Position numbers and translations under genes: made by a program. Positions 19,408 to 30,026 of a stretch of 64,000 bases of DNA are shown here, in pieces (the first letter of the stretch is position 1; each line of letters opens with the position of its first letter). Source of the DNA: Candidatus Poribacteria bacterium (lineage in GTDB: Bacteria; Poribacteria; WGA-4E; PCPOR2b); the NCBI GenBank assembly GCA_965215015.1, contig OZ244042.1, positions 5,568,001-5,632,000 on the forward strand. Direction: 5' to 3'. The notes beneath the pieces are model-generated. The model ran no database searches. It saw only the letters and a list, made by a program, of their open reading frames with translations, and was not told the origin of the DNA.

Positions 19408-20343
19408 TCAGACCAGTGGATTCAGGGTTAAACCGATATCCCGCAAAATGCTCTTTTTCACCTTGCAGACCATCGTGTATGCTGGATCATAGACATTGCC
19501 CATATCGTACTCCACACACTGACCGAGCAGGATATGGGGTGAGTTTCCTTCCAGACCGAGTTCATTCAGCCAACGGACCATTTCTGTCGTCGCGTGTTGC
19601 ACAGCCTGGTCCAAGGGGCGTGCATTTCCAGCCGTTAGGATATAGTCGTCATTTTCCGCTCGGGGCCAACCGACCTCTTTGCCTTTGATTACGTTGACCG
19701 TAAACTGCACATCAAACGAGATCTCAATCCCGGTACCAACAATCTCGCCATCACCTTGTACAGCGTGTCCGTCCCCGATGTGAAACAGAGCACCATCCAC
19801 AAAGACGGGCAGGTAAACGGTAACGCCTTCACAAAAACCGCGGTAGTCCATGTTCCCGCCGTGCGTTGAGGAGGTCGCCGTGGAGATTGCTTGTCTACGC
19901 GGCGGGGCGACCCCAAAACACCCCGTCATTGGCTCTAGAGGTAACGTGAGCCTACCGAGGCTCGTTTCCGGCGAAACGAGGGTCGCTGTCCATTTGTCTA
20001 GATCGATTTCCCAGTCTCCCCTGCCGTTCTCTGGCAGATCAGACGCGACATACTGTGCATCTAAAACGTGTGGGGCGATTACTGTCGAGGTTCGCCCCAT
20101 CTTGCGATTGGGCACTAGGCGATCAAAGTGAACGACAAGTGTATCCCCCGGTGCCGCGCCATTGATATAAAAAGGGCCCGTCTGCGGATTCCCTCCTTCA
20201 GTGACCTGTTCCCCGGCAGCATCAACACCACCGGCATCAACGGTTGTTGTTACGACGGTATCACCGCTGTCGATATGGAGCACCGGTTCGTGTGCCCCGA
20301 TTGCGATGTGGTAAATAGTTGGTTTAAAGTGATGTGTTGCCAT
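19408..20343 (-). CDS. Acetamidase/formamidase family protein
   Basis: NPQTGPF, HGGNMD and GDGHAVQGDGE motifs. Confidence 0.9.
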   Translation of the reverse strand: MATHHFKPTIYHIAIGAHEPVLHIDSGDTVVTTTVDAGGVDAAGEQVTEGGNPQTGPFYINGAAPGDTLVVHFDRLVPNRKMGRTSTVIAPHVLDAQYVASDLPENGRGDWEIDLDKWTATLVSPETSLGRLTLPLEPMTGCFGVAPPRRQAISTATSSTHGGNMDYRGFCEGVTVYLPVFVDGALFHIGDGHAVQGDGEIVGTGIEISFDVQFTVNVIKGKEVGWPRAENDDYILTAGNARPLDQAVQHATTEMVRWLNELGLEGNSPHILLGQCVEYDMGNVYDPAYTMVCKVKKSILRDIGLTLNPLV

Positions 20344-20391
20344 AAATCTCTCCTCTATTATCCATATTTTAGCCAATTATCGAAAAGCGGA

Positions 20392-21282
20392 CTATCCTAG
20401 GTCTGGTAGTTGTGGAGATAACAAGGCTGCCGCGAAGAAACAACAAAGTGCCCGTCCCATTCTTGTTCTTTCATCCACCCTTGAGTGATGAGCACTCAGA
20501 TTACCTTGTGTCCTTATGACATGAGCGAGTAATTTATCCTGTCCCTTAAAATTGTTATATTGATTAATAGCTTGGTCCAGGTTTCCATGGGAATATGCGC
20601 TTGGCATCAAAAGTTCTTCAAGCCATTTGCGTAGCTCAACAGGGAGATTTGTATCAATATTAAAGATTCTGCTGAAGCGCTCTCTAAACACTGGATCGTC
20701 CCCCGTTGCTTTTAAAGCAATATTTCTAATTTCCGGGTGGGTGTTAATGTCTCGAAGTTGAGAAATCTGCGTTTTCAACGTGCGATTTTCTCCAATTTTG
20801 TTACGGATTACGTCGTTGAGCGATAGAATTTCACTATCTTTATTCGAGAGTCTCTCATCCCATGCGCTTATGCTTTCAGCTATTGGACGAAGACGGTCAA
20901 TCTCTTCCTGAAGTTTTGAATTTACTTCATCTTTTTGTCTACCTCCGGCCTGGAGTGATTCAATCTCGTCCTCTTTGGTCGAGATTATGTCCTTCATTTT
21001 TGATACGGTGTCCTTAAGATAATCAATTTTTTCCTGCCATTGCCGTTTTTGCTCATCTTCTTGTGGATTAGCGAATGATGACGATGAAGTCAGATCGCCA
21101 GCAAACTCTTTTATGAGGGCGTAGTACGTGCTAATGTCCCGAGGATAAAACCAACATCGACGAGCCGGGTCCCATCTTGCCCGTCTAATCCTTCCTGGCC
21201 GAAGTTTCTGCTCGGGCGGAATGAACAACAGATATTCTGTTTCTGTCTCAGTTATTTTTATTTCCTTCGAGTTTCCTTGCAT
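20392..21282 (-). CDS. Hypothetical protein: N-terminal 'ARWD..W' (DUF5710/HARP-like) module, coiled coil, C-terminal HEPN/DUF4145-like motif
   Basis: RARWDPARRCW; heptad-rich middle; IRTQGNLSAH; AAGGAG RBS; visibly more AT-rich than its neighbours. Confidence 0.6.
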   Translation of the reverse strand: MQGNSKEIKITETETEYLLFIPPEQKLRPGRIRRARWDPARRCWFYPRDISTYYALIKEFAGDLTSSSSFANPQEDEQKRQWQEKIDYLKDTVSKMKDIISTKEDEIESLQAGGRQKDEVNSKLQEEIDRLRPIAESISAWDERLSNKDSEILSLNDVIRNKIGENRTLKTQISQLRDINTHPEIRNIALKATGDDPVFRERFSRIFNIDTNLPVELRKWLEELLMPSAYSHGNLDQAINQYNNFKGQDKLLAHVIRTQGNLSAHHSRVDERTRMGRALCCFFAAALLSPQLPDLG

Positions 21283-21380
21283 TTTCTTATTCTCCTTTTA
21301 TAGATAAGTTTGAAGTGATGTGTTGTTGTAAGTTCTTCCTCATGAGAGATGAAACATACTCTCAGCCACAATTTCCCTTC

Positions 21381-22172
21381 TTATCCATATTTTAACCAGT
21401 TATCGAAAAGCGGTTTGATTCGTGGGGTGAGACTTTCGAGGAACGCTGGATCATTTAGCCACTCCTGACTCGTAGGGCTATCTGGGTTCGGTGGCTCCCC
21501 TTCGGGCGGTGCAACTACAAGCGCGTAATGCAGTGTTTGGCGAATCGCGCCGGACCTATTATACCCTTTGTGGAGAAGGCTGGAGTTGTAGAAAACAATA
21601 TCGCCCGCCTTCAATTGAACAGCCCTCTGATTGGGCATGTCGGCTTTGGGCGAATTTTGTAGGATATATCGCTCGGTGTCAGTGATTTCCCGTCGGTGGC
21701 TGCCGGGGACAATCGTGAGGGTTTCATCGTCGTATAACGCGCCATTCAGTTGGACGCCGTTCCTGAGTTTTACAATCAACTGTTCGCGTGGCACTTCGCC
21801 ATCTCTTGCGGAATCTCGATGCCAGTTGATGTGATACGGCTTCCGTTCCGGACTGACCAACAGTGTGCACAGATGATAGCGTAACCGCGTCCCGATTAGG
21901 CTTTCGATGACATCCAAAATCTGGGGATGTCCAAGCGATTCGACGAGGGCTGCTTCTCTGATGCTTGGATGGAAGATGTGATTTACGCCCCAGATGTCAT
22001 CTTGTTCGCTGTCAACGTAGCGCAAGTATTCATGCACCTTTTCGACGCGGCATTTGTGTAGGATGGAGTCTACAGCAGCTCGATATGTTTCGACAACCGT
22101 TTGAGATAATACGCCTCTGCGGATAACGTAACCCTCTTGAAGGAATGATTCTATTTCAGAACGACTGAGCAT
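21381..22172 (-). CDS. Phytanoyl-CoA dioxygenase family protein
   Basis: EGYVI, WHRD, VPGSH and LLHKG motifs. Confidence 0.88.
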   Translation of the reverse strand: MLSRSEIESFLQEGYVIRRGVLSQTVVETYRAAVDSILHKCRVEKVHEYLRYVDSEQDDIWGVNHIFHPSIREAALVESLGHPQILDVIESLIGTRLRYHLCTLLVSPERKPYHINWHRDSARDGEVPREQLIVKLRNGVQLNGALYDDETLTIVPGSHRREITDTERYILQNSPKADMPNQRAVQLKAGDIVFYNSSLLHKGYNRSGAIRQTLHYALVVAPPEGEPPNPDSPTSQEWLNDPAFLESLTPRIKPLFDNWLKYG

Positions 22173-22386
22173 ATTGCCCTCTTTTGTATATTAAACCTTT
22201 GGTGCCAGTTGGCGAGGATATGATTTCCACATCGTTCAAGCGTTCATTGATTCATTAGTTCATTGCGCCATGATGAGAAAACGGGAGAACGAGACGGCTT
22301 CATATCCCGTTTTCCGGTCTTCACGTTTCACTCTCGGTCGTTGACCGGAGAGCGTCCCAACAGTTGCAAACTAGCATCATTGGTTA

Positions 22387-23127
22387 TTAATTTCCCCGAA
22401 CAATGTGCCGATCTTCGTAGCCGCCACGTGGGAATCGTTCTAGGGACAGATCGCCGGGGATATAGTGCCAAGCGGTGCTGTAGCGTGGGCGGTTACTGCG
22501 ATTCTCGTAAGTTCCGTGGAGAAGGTTCGCTGAGAAAAAGACCACCGTGCCCCCGGGCACCTCTAAATCGACAGCTTTCGATTCATCCACTTCTGTCCAA
22601 CTTCCGTGTGTCCCTAGATTCCGATGATGTTCTACAATCGCTTGGGACAGATGACTTTTCGGAACGATTCTCAAGCAGCCGTTCTCACGATCTGCGTCTT
22701 GAAGGTAAATGCCACAACTGACAATTCGGTTTGTGGTGGTGCCGAAGTAGAAATTGTCCTGATGCCAGTGTACCGAGGTGCCGCCATTCGGCAGCTTGGG
22801 AAAGAACTTGGTGCCGAATACATCAATATCGGTACCGACGAGCGTTTGGACTCGGTCAAGGATTTCCGTCTCTTGAGCGAGATCCAGTACCTTCGGCTCA
22901 ACAACGCACACGCCCTGAATTTTGTGTAAAAATCCCGGAATCGGTTTGTGGTCCTCACTGAATTCAAAGGTCCAGTGTGGGCTATCAACTGGGAGGGTGT
23001 GGCTCCGCTCAACTAGTTCATCAAAGAGCTCCTGATAGGCTTTAAGTTTTTCGCCGTGGATTAAATTTTCAAAAACCAAGTATCCTTCTTCGTGAAATTG
23101 CTGCACCTGTTTGTCTGTTAATTGCAT
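22387..23127 (-). CDS. Phytanoyl-CoA dioxygenase family protein
   Basis: WHQD, NGCLRIVPKSH and LLHG motifs. Confidence 0.9.
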   Translation of the reverse strand: MQLTDKQVQQFHEEGYLVFENLIHGEKLKAYQELFDELVERSHTLPVDSPHWTFEFSEDHKPIPGFLHKIQGVCVVEPKVLDLAQETEILDRVQTLVGTDIDVFGTKFFPKLPNGGTSVHWHQDNFYFGTTTNRIVSCGIYLQDADRENGCLRIVPKSHLSQAIVEHHRNLGTHGSWTEVDESKAVDLEVPGGTVVFFSANLLHGTYENRSNRPRYSTAWHYIPGDLSLERFPRGGYEDRHIVRGN

Positions 23128-23173
23128 TGATAGATTCCCCTATTCCTGTGTTTGAGATAAAAATCTTTATCCT

Positions 23174-24553
23174 CTACTGACTTCCCCAAAAAGTCAGATA
23201 CGGTTGATTTTCCAACTCCCGTAGCAAGAGCAGTCCAAGCTCTCGTGCGTGGTAATCTCCCCACATTGACGATTCACCACACGGAATAACCTTACCTTCC
23301 GGGATATAGTCCCAACCGTTTGGACGATGATAGATTGAATGCAGGATTAAGCCCTGATGTTCGTCAGACTCCGAAAGATACGGTTCAGAAAAAAGTGTGG
23401 CGGCGACCGTTAATCCCGCCTGATAGTAACGTTTCCCGGCTGCCTGCTCCCCCTGTTTTTTGAGATAATTCCCTAATCGGATTAATCCCTGCGCGGTGAT
23501 GGCGGCTGCGGAGCTATCGACAGGTTCAACATCGTTGAATGGATCTGCGGGCTGTTGGAGGTAAGAACCTAACTGGGGTAGTCCCGGTGCCCCGGTGTCC
23601 CAATACGGGATGCCGTCTGCGGCTGTGTTCTCAATATAAAAATCGGAGGTTGCTTTGGCGGCTTTCAGTATATGAGCAGTTGCCCCTATCTTCTCACCGT
23701 ACGGGGTGAGGTCATCGTCTGTTAATGTCCCGAAAAATTCAAGCTGCTCAGCGTAGCCGGTGATGATCCACGCGAGTCCCCGCGTCCATGTTGTAAATGG
23801 TGAGTATCCCTGTTGCGTGCTCGGACAGCGGTAGTTACCATCGTTCATGTTAAAGATTGATTCGTGCGCGACGCGGCCACGTACGTCAAACGCATCGCGT
23901 CCTTCACCGTAGTAGACGTTGTAGGTTGCGGTCGTCTCGGAGTGGTACAACAGTCGCTCCAGTAAAGCGATTGGCTGGTCATTTTCGCCCATCAGCACAT
24001 GCCCTAAGCTATGTCCCAACGCCAATGTTCGCAACGAGCGGAGGGTGTCCGCAAAGAGTGAATGGGGCCCATTGAAAGAGGGAATGTAACCTTTCCCATC
24101 TCTTACCTTTGACCAGCGACTCGCCTGCACCGCCGCCGACACCTTCAGCGCAAGTTCATAGAAATGGAGTTCCCAATCGTTGTATGGAATGCGCCCTTCA
24201 AGGATCATGCGCCGCAAATTGCCGTAGGTTGAGACGTTGTTGAATCCGTGGTCGTGTACGCCAATATGTGTCAGATGGGGTGCCATCTTTTCGACCGTGT
24301 TTTTCCTCCCAATTTCGAGGAACTGCTCATCATCTGTTGCGTCGAATTGCAGCAGGGCGGAACCAAATTGAAATCCCTGCGTCCACTCTGTCCACCCTCG
24401 TGTGGTATATTGACCGGCGACAGTGAACACCGGCGTACCTTTTGCGGGGAGCCATGTGTCTTCGATTACCAGAATCTTCTTTCCCGAAAGCTCAAACAGA
24501 TGCTCAAGTTTCGGTTTGAGTTGTTCGAGGGTAATTGAATCGTTAATCTGCAT
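23174..24553 (-). CDS. GH88-like unsaturated glucuronyl hydrolase
   Basis: WTQGF, HDHGF, WTRGLAW, DSSAAAI and WGDY motifs. Confidence 0.8.
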   Translation of the reverse strand: MQINDSITLEQLKPKLEHLFELSGKKILVIEDTWLPAKGTPVFTVAGQYTTRGWTEWTQGFQFGSALLQFDATDDEQFLEIGRKNTVEKMAPHLTHIGVHDHGFNNVSTYGNLRRMILEGRIPYNDWELHFYELALKVSAAVQASRWSKVRDGKGYIPSFNGPHSLFADTLRSLRTLALGHSLGHVLMGENDQPIALLERLLYHSETTATYNVYYGEGRDAFDVRGRVAHESIFNMNDGNYRCPSTQQGYSPFTTWTRGLAWIITGYAEQLEFFGTLTDDDLTPYGEKIGATAHILKAAKATSDFYIENTAADGIPYWDTGAPGLPQLGSYLQQPADPFNDVEPVDSSAAAITAQGLIRLGNYLKKQGEQAAGKRYYQAGLTVAATLFSEPYLSESDEHQGLILHSIYHRPNGWDYIPEGKVIPCGESSMWGDYHARELGLLLLRELENQPYLTFWGSQ

Positions 24554-24599
24554 AGTGATTGTGTGTCCTATAGGAACGTGCGAGCAATCTGATAAAAAT

Positions 24600-25370
24600 T
24601 TAACCCGTTTTCACACCCTCCGATGCTGAATCAGCACTCTCCCTCTGACGGAGGACCTCGTACAGCAGGACGCCTGCGGCGACCGAAACGTTGAGCGATG
24701 GAACATGCCCGAACATCGGGAGGTGGATTAGTAAATCGCATTTCTCCTTAACGAGACGACGGAGCCCCTCTGCCTCATTACCGAGGACAAGGCAAATCTG
24801 GCCGGTCAAATCTGCCTCTGTATAGGGCGTAGATGCTGTCTGATCCGCGCCGATGACCCAGACGCCAGCCTCCTTGAGGGTATCAATTGTTCGGGCAAGG
24901 TTGGTCACTTGAGCAATCGGTACATACTCAGAGCTGCCCGCCGAGGTTTTGTGTGCAGCGGTTGTAATACCAGCAGCTCTATCTTTCGGAAGGATTAGCC
25001 CGTCGGCATTGACGGCATCTGCTGTGCGGATAATTGCACCGAGATTCCGGGGATCCTGAACCTGATCGAGCATGATGAATAGAGGGAAGTGATTCGAGTT
25101 TTGTGTGTCCGTGAGGAGGCTTGGAAGGTCGATATAACTGACAGGACTGACAAGGGCGATAACTCCTTGATGCGGGACTTCGGTTTCTATCGGATCTAAT
25201 TCCCGACGGGGTGTGAAATCACAACGGATACCGTTTTTCTCAGCGATGGCGCGGATTTGCCGTAGGCGCGGGTGGTTATTTCCTTGTGCGATCAGAATCC
25301 GTTCGATTTCACGGTTGCCGCGGCGTAGGAGTTCCAGCACTGAATTTCGACCAACAATTTTATCTTGCAT
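24600..25370 (-). CDS. rlmB: 23S rRNA (G2251-2'-O)-methyltransferase
   Basis: HQGVIA, DPRNLGAIIRTA, GNEAEG and SLNVSVA (SPOUT) motifs. Confidence 0.93.
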   Translation of the reverse strand: MQDKIVGRNSVLELLRRGNREIERILIAQGNNHPRLRQIRAIAEKNGIRCDFTPRRELDPIETEVPHQGVIALVSPVSYIDLPSLLTDTQNSNHFPLFIMLDQVQDPRNLGAIIRTADAVNADGLILPKDRAAGITTAAHKTSAGSSEYVPIAQVTNLARTIDTLKEAGVWVIGADQTASTPYTEADLTGQICLVLGNEAEGLRRLVKEKCDLLIHLPMFGHVPSLNVSVAAGVLLYEVLRQRESADSASEGVKTG

Positions 25371-25391
25371 ATCTTTTTATGGGGGAATACC

Positions 25392-25638
25392 CTATCCAAA
25401 CTTGGCTACTGGCACCAAACGTTCAACAGCAAAGCTCTTGTGGTGGGGTTTGATACGCTCAATTTCATGAAGTGTATCCGCTGAACAGGTGTTACCTCTA
25501 TATTAAAACTCGATAAACTCCATCGGATAATGACTCATATCCAACTGTTCTTCCTCCATATTGACTCTGATTCTCCATTCCTGCACGTCAATGCATCGAA
25601 TTAAATAAAGTCCAACAATGACGCTCTTCTATGTCCAT
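25392..25638 (-). pseudogene. Degraded toxin-antitoxin remnant (YgiT-type zinc-finger C-terminus)
   Basis: Residual frame SADTLHEIERIKPHHKSFAVERLVPVAKFG* resembles YgiT-type proteins; segment flanked by an 11-bp direct repeat. Confidence 0.45.
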
Positions 25639-25667
25639 ATCTTTTTTAATTCTGTCTATGCTAATCC

Positions 25668-27347
25668 CTATCCAGTGACAGCCCCTTCAGACGCTGAAGA
25701 TACGAGACGTGCATATTTCGCCATCACGCCGCGGGTGTAGCGTGGTGCTGGAGGCGTCCATTCGTCGAGTCGCGCTCGGATCTCTGCGTCCGAAAGCTCA
25801 ACGTCGATCCGGAGTGCCTCGGCATCAATCACGACAGTGTCGCCGTCACGTAATATCGCAATTGGTCCACCGTGCGCCGCTTCCGGTGCAACATGGCAAA
25901 TCATAAAGCCGTGCGTGGCACCAGAGAACCTGCCATCGGTTAAGAGAGCGACATCTTCACCTAACCCAGCTCCGACGATTGCGGCGGTGACACCGAGCAT
26001 TTCTCGCATCCCTGGACCACCGGCGGGGCCTTCATAGCGGATGACAACCACATCACCCGGTTGGATGGTTCCGTTCTTAATCGCTGCGAAGGTGTCCTCC
26101 TCGCGTTCAAAGATGCGGGCTGGCCCTCTATGCAGTGTCCTGTCATGCCCGGCTAGCTTAATGACACAGCCGTCGGGGGCGAGGTTACCTTTAAGGATTG
26201 CAAACCCACCCGTCGGTTTGATCGGCTTTGACACGGGGCGGACGACCTCCTGTCCTTCTGTTTCAACAGCATTGGCGGCTGCTTCGCCGATGGTTTGTCC
26301 CGTTACGGTAAGTTCGTCGGCGTGGAGGCGTCGGGCTTCCAGGAGCCGTTTGGCGACGAGTTGAATGCCGCCCGCTTGATGCAGGTCTGCGGCGACAAAA
26401 CGACCGCCGGGCCTGAGGTCTACAAAGATTGGTGTCTTTGACCGAATCTCTTCAAAGTCGTCGATTGTCAATGGAATATTGGCTTCGTGTGCAATTGCGA
26501 GCAGGTGGAGGACGCCATTCGTCGAACCGCCGGTTGTCGCCACCGAGGATATTGCATTTTCGAGCGACCGTTGGGTAATAATCTGGCTGGGGCGTCGGTC
26601 AGCAGCCAGCATTTCCATAACCAATTGGCCCGCCTGGAATGCGACCTCATCTTTATTTTTATTTACTGCCGGAACGCTGCCGCTCCCCATCGGTGCCATC
26701 CCAAGAATCTCAACGGCAGTTGCCATTGTATTGGCGGTATATTGGCCGCCGCAAGCCCCCGGACCGGGACAACCCTTGCTAATGAGGTCATCGAGTTCTT
26801 CGATAGTGATTTTGCCTGCAGCGTGCACTCCTACCGCCTCGAAAACTTCCATGATTGTTACATCTTCGTCCCGAAAACGGCCAGGCATGATCGATCCGCC
26901 GTAAAGCGTCAATGAGGGTATATCTAAACGGGCAAGTGCCATCACCGTTCCGGGAACGGTTTTGTCGCAGCCACAAAGCGTAACAACCGCATCGAACATA
27001 TTGCCGCGACAAACGAGTTCAATGGAATCCGCAATTACCTCCCGACTAATGAGTGAGGCCTTCATTCCTTCGGTGCCCATTGTAATTCCATCTGAAATAC
27101 TGACGGTATTAAATTCGAGCGGTGTGCCCCCGGCCGCCCGGATGCCTTCCTTTACTTTTGCAGCAAGACGGCGGAGGTGGTAGTTGCAAGGTCCAATTTC
27201 AATCCATGTGTTGGCGACCCCCACGATTGGCTTATCCAGATCTTCAGGTTTTAGTCCATCGTCGCCGAACATCAACATGGCGCGAGCTGCTGCTCGATCC
27301 GGACCATCAGTAATTGCGTAACTTTGACGTTTGAGTGCGTTTCTCAT
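25668..27347 (-). CDS. ilvD: Dihydroxy-acid dehydratase
   Basis: PCNYH, SDGITMG, CDKT, TANTM, GPGMREM and TDGRFSG motifs. Confidence 0.96.
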   Translation of the reverse strand: MRNALKRQSYAITDGPDRAAARAMLMFGDDGLKPEDLDKPIVGVANTWIEIGPCNYHLRRLAAKVKEGIRAAGGTPLEFNTVSISDGITMGTEGMKASLISREVIADSIELVCRGNMFDAVVTLCGCDKTVPGTVMALARLDIPSLTLYGGSIMPGRFRDEDVTIMEVFEAVGVHAAGKITIEELDDLISKGCPGPGACGGQYTANTMATAVEILGMAPMGSGSVPAVNKNKDEVAFQAGQLVMEMLAADRRPSQIITQRSLENAISSVATTGGSTNGVLHLLAIAHEANIPLTIDDFEEIRSKTPIFVDLRPGGRFVAADLHQAGGIQLVAKRLLEARRLHADELTVTGQTIGEAAANAVETEGQEVVRPVSKPIKPTGGFAILKGNLAPDGCVIKLAGHDRTLHRGPARIFEREEDTFAAIKNGTIQPGDVVVIRYEGPAGGPGMREMLGVTAAIVGAGLGEDVALLTDGRFSGATHGFMICHVAPEAAHGGPIAILRDGDTVVIDAEALRIDVELSDAEIRARLDEWTPPAPRYTRGVMAKYARLVSSASEGAVTG

Positions 27348-27424
27348 ACTTCTTGCGTCTCCCATTCTTTGCTGTTCTAATCAATCATATTCAACAAAAT
27401 TCCCACAATTTGTCTACATCACAA

Positions 27425-28645
27425 CTAATTGCTCGATTTTTGAAATTCACAGTAGCTCTGATACCGAAACTTCGAGAGGTCTCCTTTTTTTAGGGACGCT
27501 TTCACCGCACAACCTTCCTCACGAATATGTGTACAAGGATTTTTCATACAACATTCTCGGAGTGAATTTATCTCTGAAAAATAGCGGTCCATCAAGCGAG
27601 ACTCAATGTCCCAAAAGTGTAACTCGCGAAGCCCCGGCGTATCAGCGATAAAACCGCCGAAATCTAAGCTGTAAAGTTGGGTTGCAACAGTCGTGTGCCT
27701 TCCGCCCTTTCGCGGATTCACTTTGTTCGTTTTCAATTTCAAACCGGGTTGAACCACATTCAGGAGCGAAGATTTCCCAACGCCCGACAATCCAGAGAGC
27801 GCGGAAATCTTCCCTTTCATCCACGCTTTTAAATCCTCGATTCCCTCACCGGTCGTTGTACTCGTGATGATTGCCCGGTAACCGATTTTCTCGTAAAGTG
27901 CTGCCATCGAATTGACTTCTGAGCGGTCTTTGAGTATGTCAATTTTATTGAAACAGACAAGTGGCTCAATCCCTGACGCCTCGGCGATAACGAGGAATCT
28001 ATCCAGCATTCGCTGCCAGATCGGTGGCTCTTTTACGGAAGAAACGATGACGAGTCCATCGAGATTCGGAATGAGAACAACCCTTTTAGACTGTGTTCCC
28101 CTTCGTTTGTACTGACCCGTGCGCCGCATAACAGCTGCGATGACACCATACCTTTCATCAATCATCTGAACTTTGACTCGATCGCCCACATAGACCTGCT
28201 GATTTTTGCTAAACGCATCTCGTTTTCCCCGCAGCGAGCATTGATATCGATTTAGATCGCACTGCACAATGTAAATGCCGTTGCTTGCACGCATCACGAT
28301 GCCTTCGGGAAGTCCGACCAATTTTTCGTTATTGAAGAGGTAGCCCGTCTGTCTTAGAAGTTCTTCGTCCGATATAATTCGTGCGGCTTTGATGGCACTA
28401 AGACGTCTGACACGGTCTTTGACAAGCATTTTCTCTGATTTGAGCAGCAATGCGACAACGACCGGTTTGTCATCGTCGTTGTCAAGGGCATTCTCCGCAT
28501 CCCGAATCGCTGGATTCATACTAAGATAAACCTTGCGATAGGTGACGCGCTCCCGCCAATCAAAAGCCGAGTAATCGCCTTCGACAATTTTTTGCGCTTC
28601 GATTAAAATTGTGCCTACGTAAACGGACATTGCCATAGTTTTCAT
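27425..28645 (-). CDS. rsgA: Ribosome small subunit-dependent GTPase A with N-terminal extension
   Basis: VGDRV, NKID, GLSGVGKSS, GRHTT, DTPG and C-terminal Zn motif CTHIREEGC. Confidence 0.9.
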   Translation of the reverse strand: MKTMAMSVYVGTILIEAQKIVEGDYSAFDWRERVTYRKVYLSMNPAIRDAENALDNDDDKPVVVALLLKSEKMLVKDRVRRLSAIKAARIISDEELLRQTGYLFNNEKLVGLPEGIVMRASNGIYIVQCDLNRYQCSLRGKRDAFSKNQQVYVGDRVKVQMIDERYGVIAAVMRRTGQYKRRGTQSKRVVLIPNLDGLVIVSSVKEPPIWQRMLDRFLVIAEASGIEPLVCFNKIDILKDRSEVNSMAALYEKIGYRAIITSTTTGEGIEDLKAWMKGKISALSGLSGVGKSSLLNVVQPGLKLKTNKVNPRKGGRHTTVATQLYSLDFGGFIADTPGLRELHFWDIESRLMDRYFSEINSLRECCMKNPCTHIREEGCAVKASLKKGDLSKFRYQSYCEFQKSSN

Positions 28646-28666
28646 CGTCGCAGGACACCGTTCTCA

Positions 28667-28690
28667 ACGCCCGATGAATCGGGCAATTAC
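28667..28690 (-). repeat. REP palindrome GTA(A/G)TTGCCCGATTCATCGGGCG
   Basis: Other copies at 48839-48862 and 57749-57772. Confidence 0.7.
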
Positions 28691-28925
28691 AATCTGAGGA
28701 GCGTATCCTGTATCTGTTCAATGATATTGAGTCGTTCTCTTAGATCTGGACAACTCCCAAAAAAAGAGATTACGACATCAACCAAGGGGCCTCAACTGCG
28801 AGTTTGAGTGGGTCAGTGGTGAAGTGTTGGGTTTCAGGGGGAGATTGAGGGAGCTGTTTCACACCCATTTTTTCAGGCGTTCCCGTTCAACCTAACCTAC
28901 ACGCTAAATCCCCTTTATATCCGCT

Positions 28926-29393
28926 TCATAGCCGCCTCACGCGAAACAGGGGTTGATCAAACTCAACAGTTGTTGTATCTTCAACGAGAATTTCAAGAAT
29001 CTCGCAAGGGAAATCCGGTTTGACTTCGTTAAAAATTTTCATCGCTTCAATCAAGCACAAAGTATCATCTTCGGATACAACGCTTCCAACTTCCACATAA
29101 GGTGCAGCTTCCGGCGATTGTGACAGATAAAACAGTCCTACCATTGGTGACCGTATGAGGTCTCCCACCTCCGATGACGGTTGTACCTCAGACGACTCCC
29201 CTTGTTCCGCGCCTGGTAGGGGCACCGTGTCGCTTGGCTGCGCAAACGCGACAGGCACAGGCTCACTGCCTCGCCGAACCTTCAAGGTAATACCAGCCTC
29301 ACGCAGAAGAACCTCCGTCAAATCCCGCTCTTCCATGACGTCGCAGACTTGTTGCAGGAGCTCTATAGCGGATGGCGATTTTTCTCTTGACAT
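28926..29393 (-). CDS. accB: Acetyl-CoA carboxylase biotin carboxyl carrier protein
   Basis: SPMVG and IEAMK biotinylation motif; aroQ-efp-accB synteny. Confidence 0.93.
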   Translation of the reverse strand: MSREKSPSAIELLQQVCDVMEERDLTEVLLREAGITLKVRRGSEPVPVAFAQPSDTVPLPGAEQGESSEVQPSSEVGDLIRSPMVGLFYLSQSPEAAPYVEVGSVVSEDDTLCLIEAMKIFNEVKPDFPCEILEILVEDTTTVEFDQPLFRVRRL

Positions 29394-29396
29394 TGA

Positions 29397-29954
29397 TTAG
29401 ACCCTCTCTACATATGTTCCTGTACGGGTATCCACCTTGATTGTCGTACCATTTTTGACAAATAAGGGTACTTGGACGACCCCACCTGTTTCCAGCGTTG
29501 CTGGCTTTGACCCGCCACTAGCAGTATCGCCGCGTAAGCCGGGGTCTGTGTCAACAATTTTAAGTTCGACAAATGTCGGTAATTCGATTGTCACTGGGGT
29601 ATTTTGGTCAACTTTGACCCGGATTGTTTCTCCTTCCTTGAGAAACTTCATTCCATCGTTCATGAGATTTTCCGGTAGCCCGTGTTGCTCAAAAGTTTCG
29701 TTGTCCATGAAGTACAATAGTGTTCCATCACTATACATATATTGCATATCACGTTCTTCAAGGCGAACGGTTTCAATCGTGTCTTTTGAACGAAAGGTCC
29801 GATCGATAACTGCTCCGTCGGCGACCCGCTTGAGTTTAGTACGAGCAAATGCACCCCCTTTGCCGGGCTTAACATGTTGACAAGCGGTGATAGTATACAT
29901 AACGTTATCGAGTCGGATAACTAAACCGTTTCGTAAGTCATTGAGTGCTGCCAT
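29397..29954 (-). CDS. efp: Elongation factor P
   Basis: HVKPGKG, PGLRGDT and VDTRTG motifs. Confidence 0.97.
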   Translation of the reverse strand: MAALNDLRNGLVIRLDNVMYTITACQHVKPGKGGAFARTKLKRVADGAVIDRTFRSKDTIETVRLEERDMQYMYSDGTLLYFMDNETFEQHGLPENLMNDGMKFLKEGETIRVKVDQNTPVTIELPTFVELKIVDTDPGLRGDTASGGSKPATLETGGVVQVPLFVKNGTTIKVDTRTGTYVERV

Positions 29955-30026
29955 AAAATTCTCCTTTTTCTACTTTTCAGAAATAGGTTTCCAAACTTTT
30001 CTCTTATTGGATTCTCCTTAAATCTA

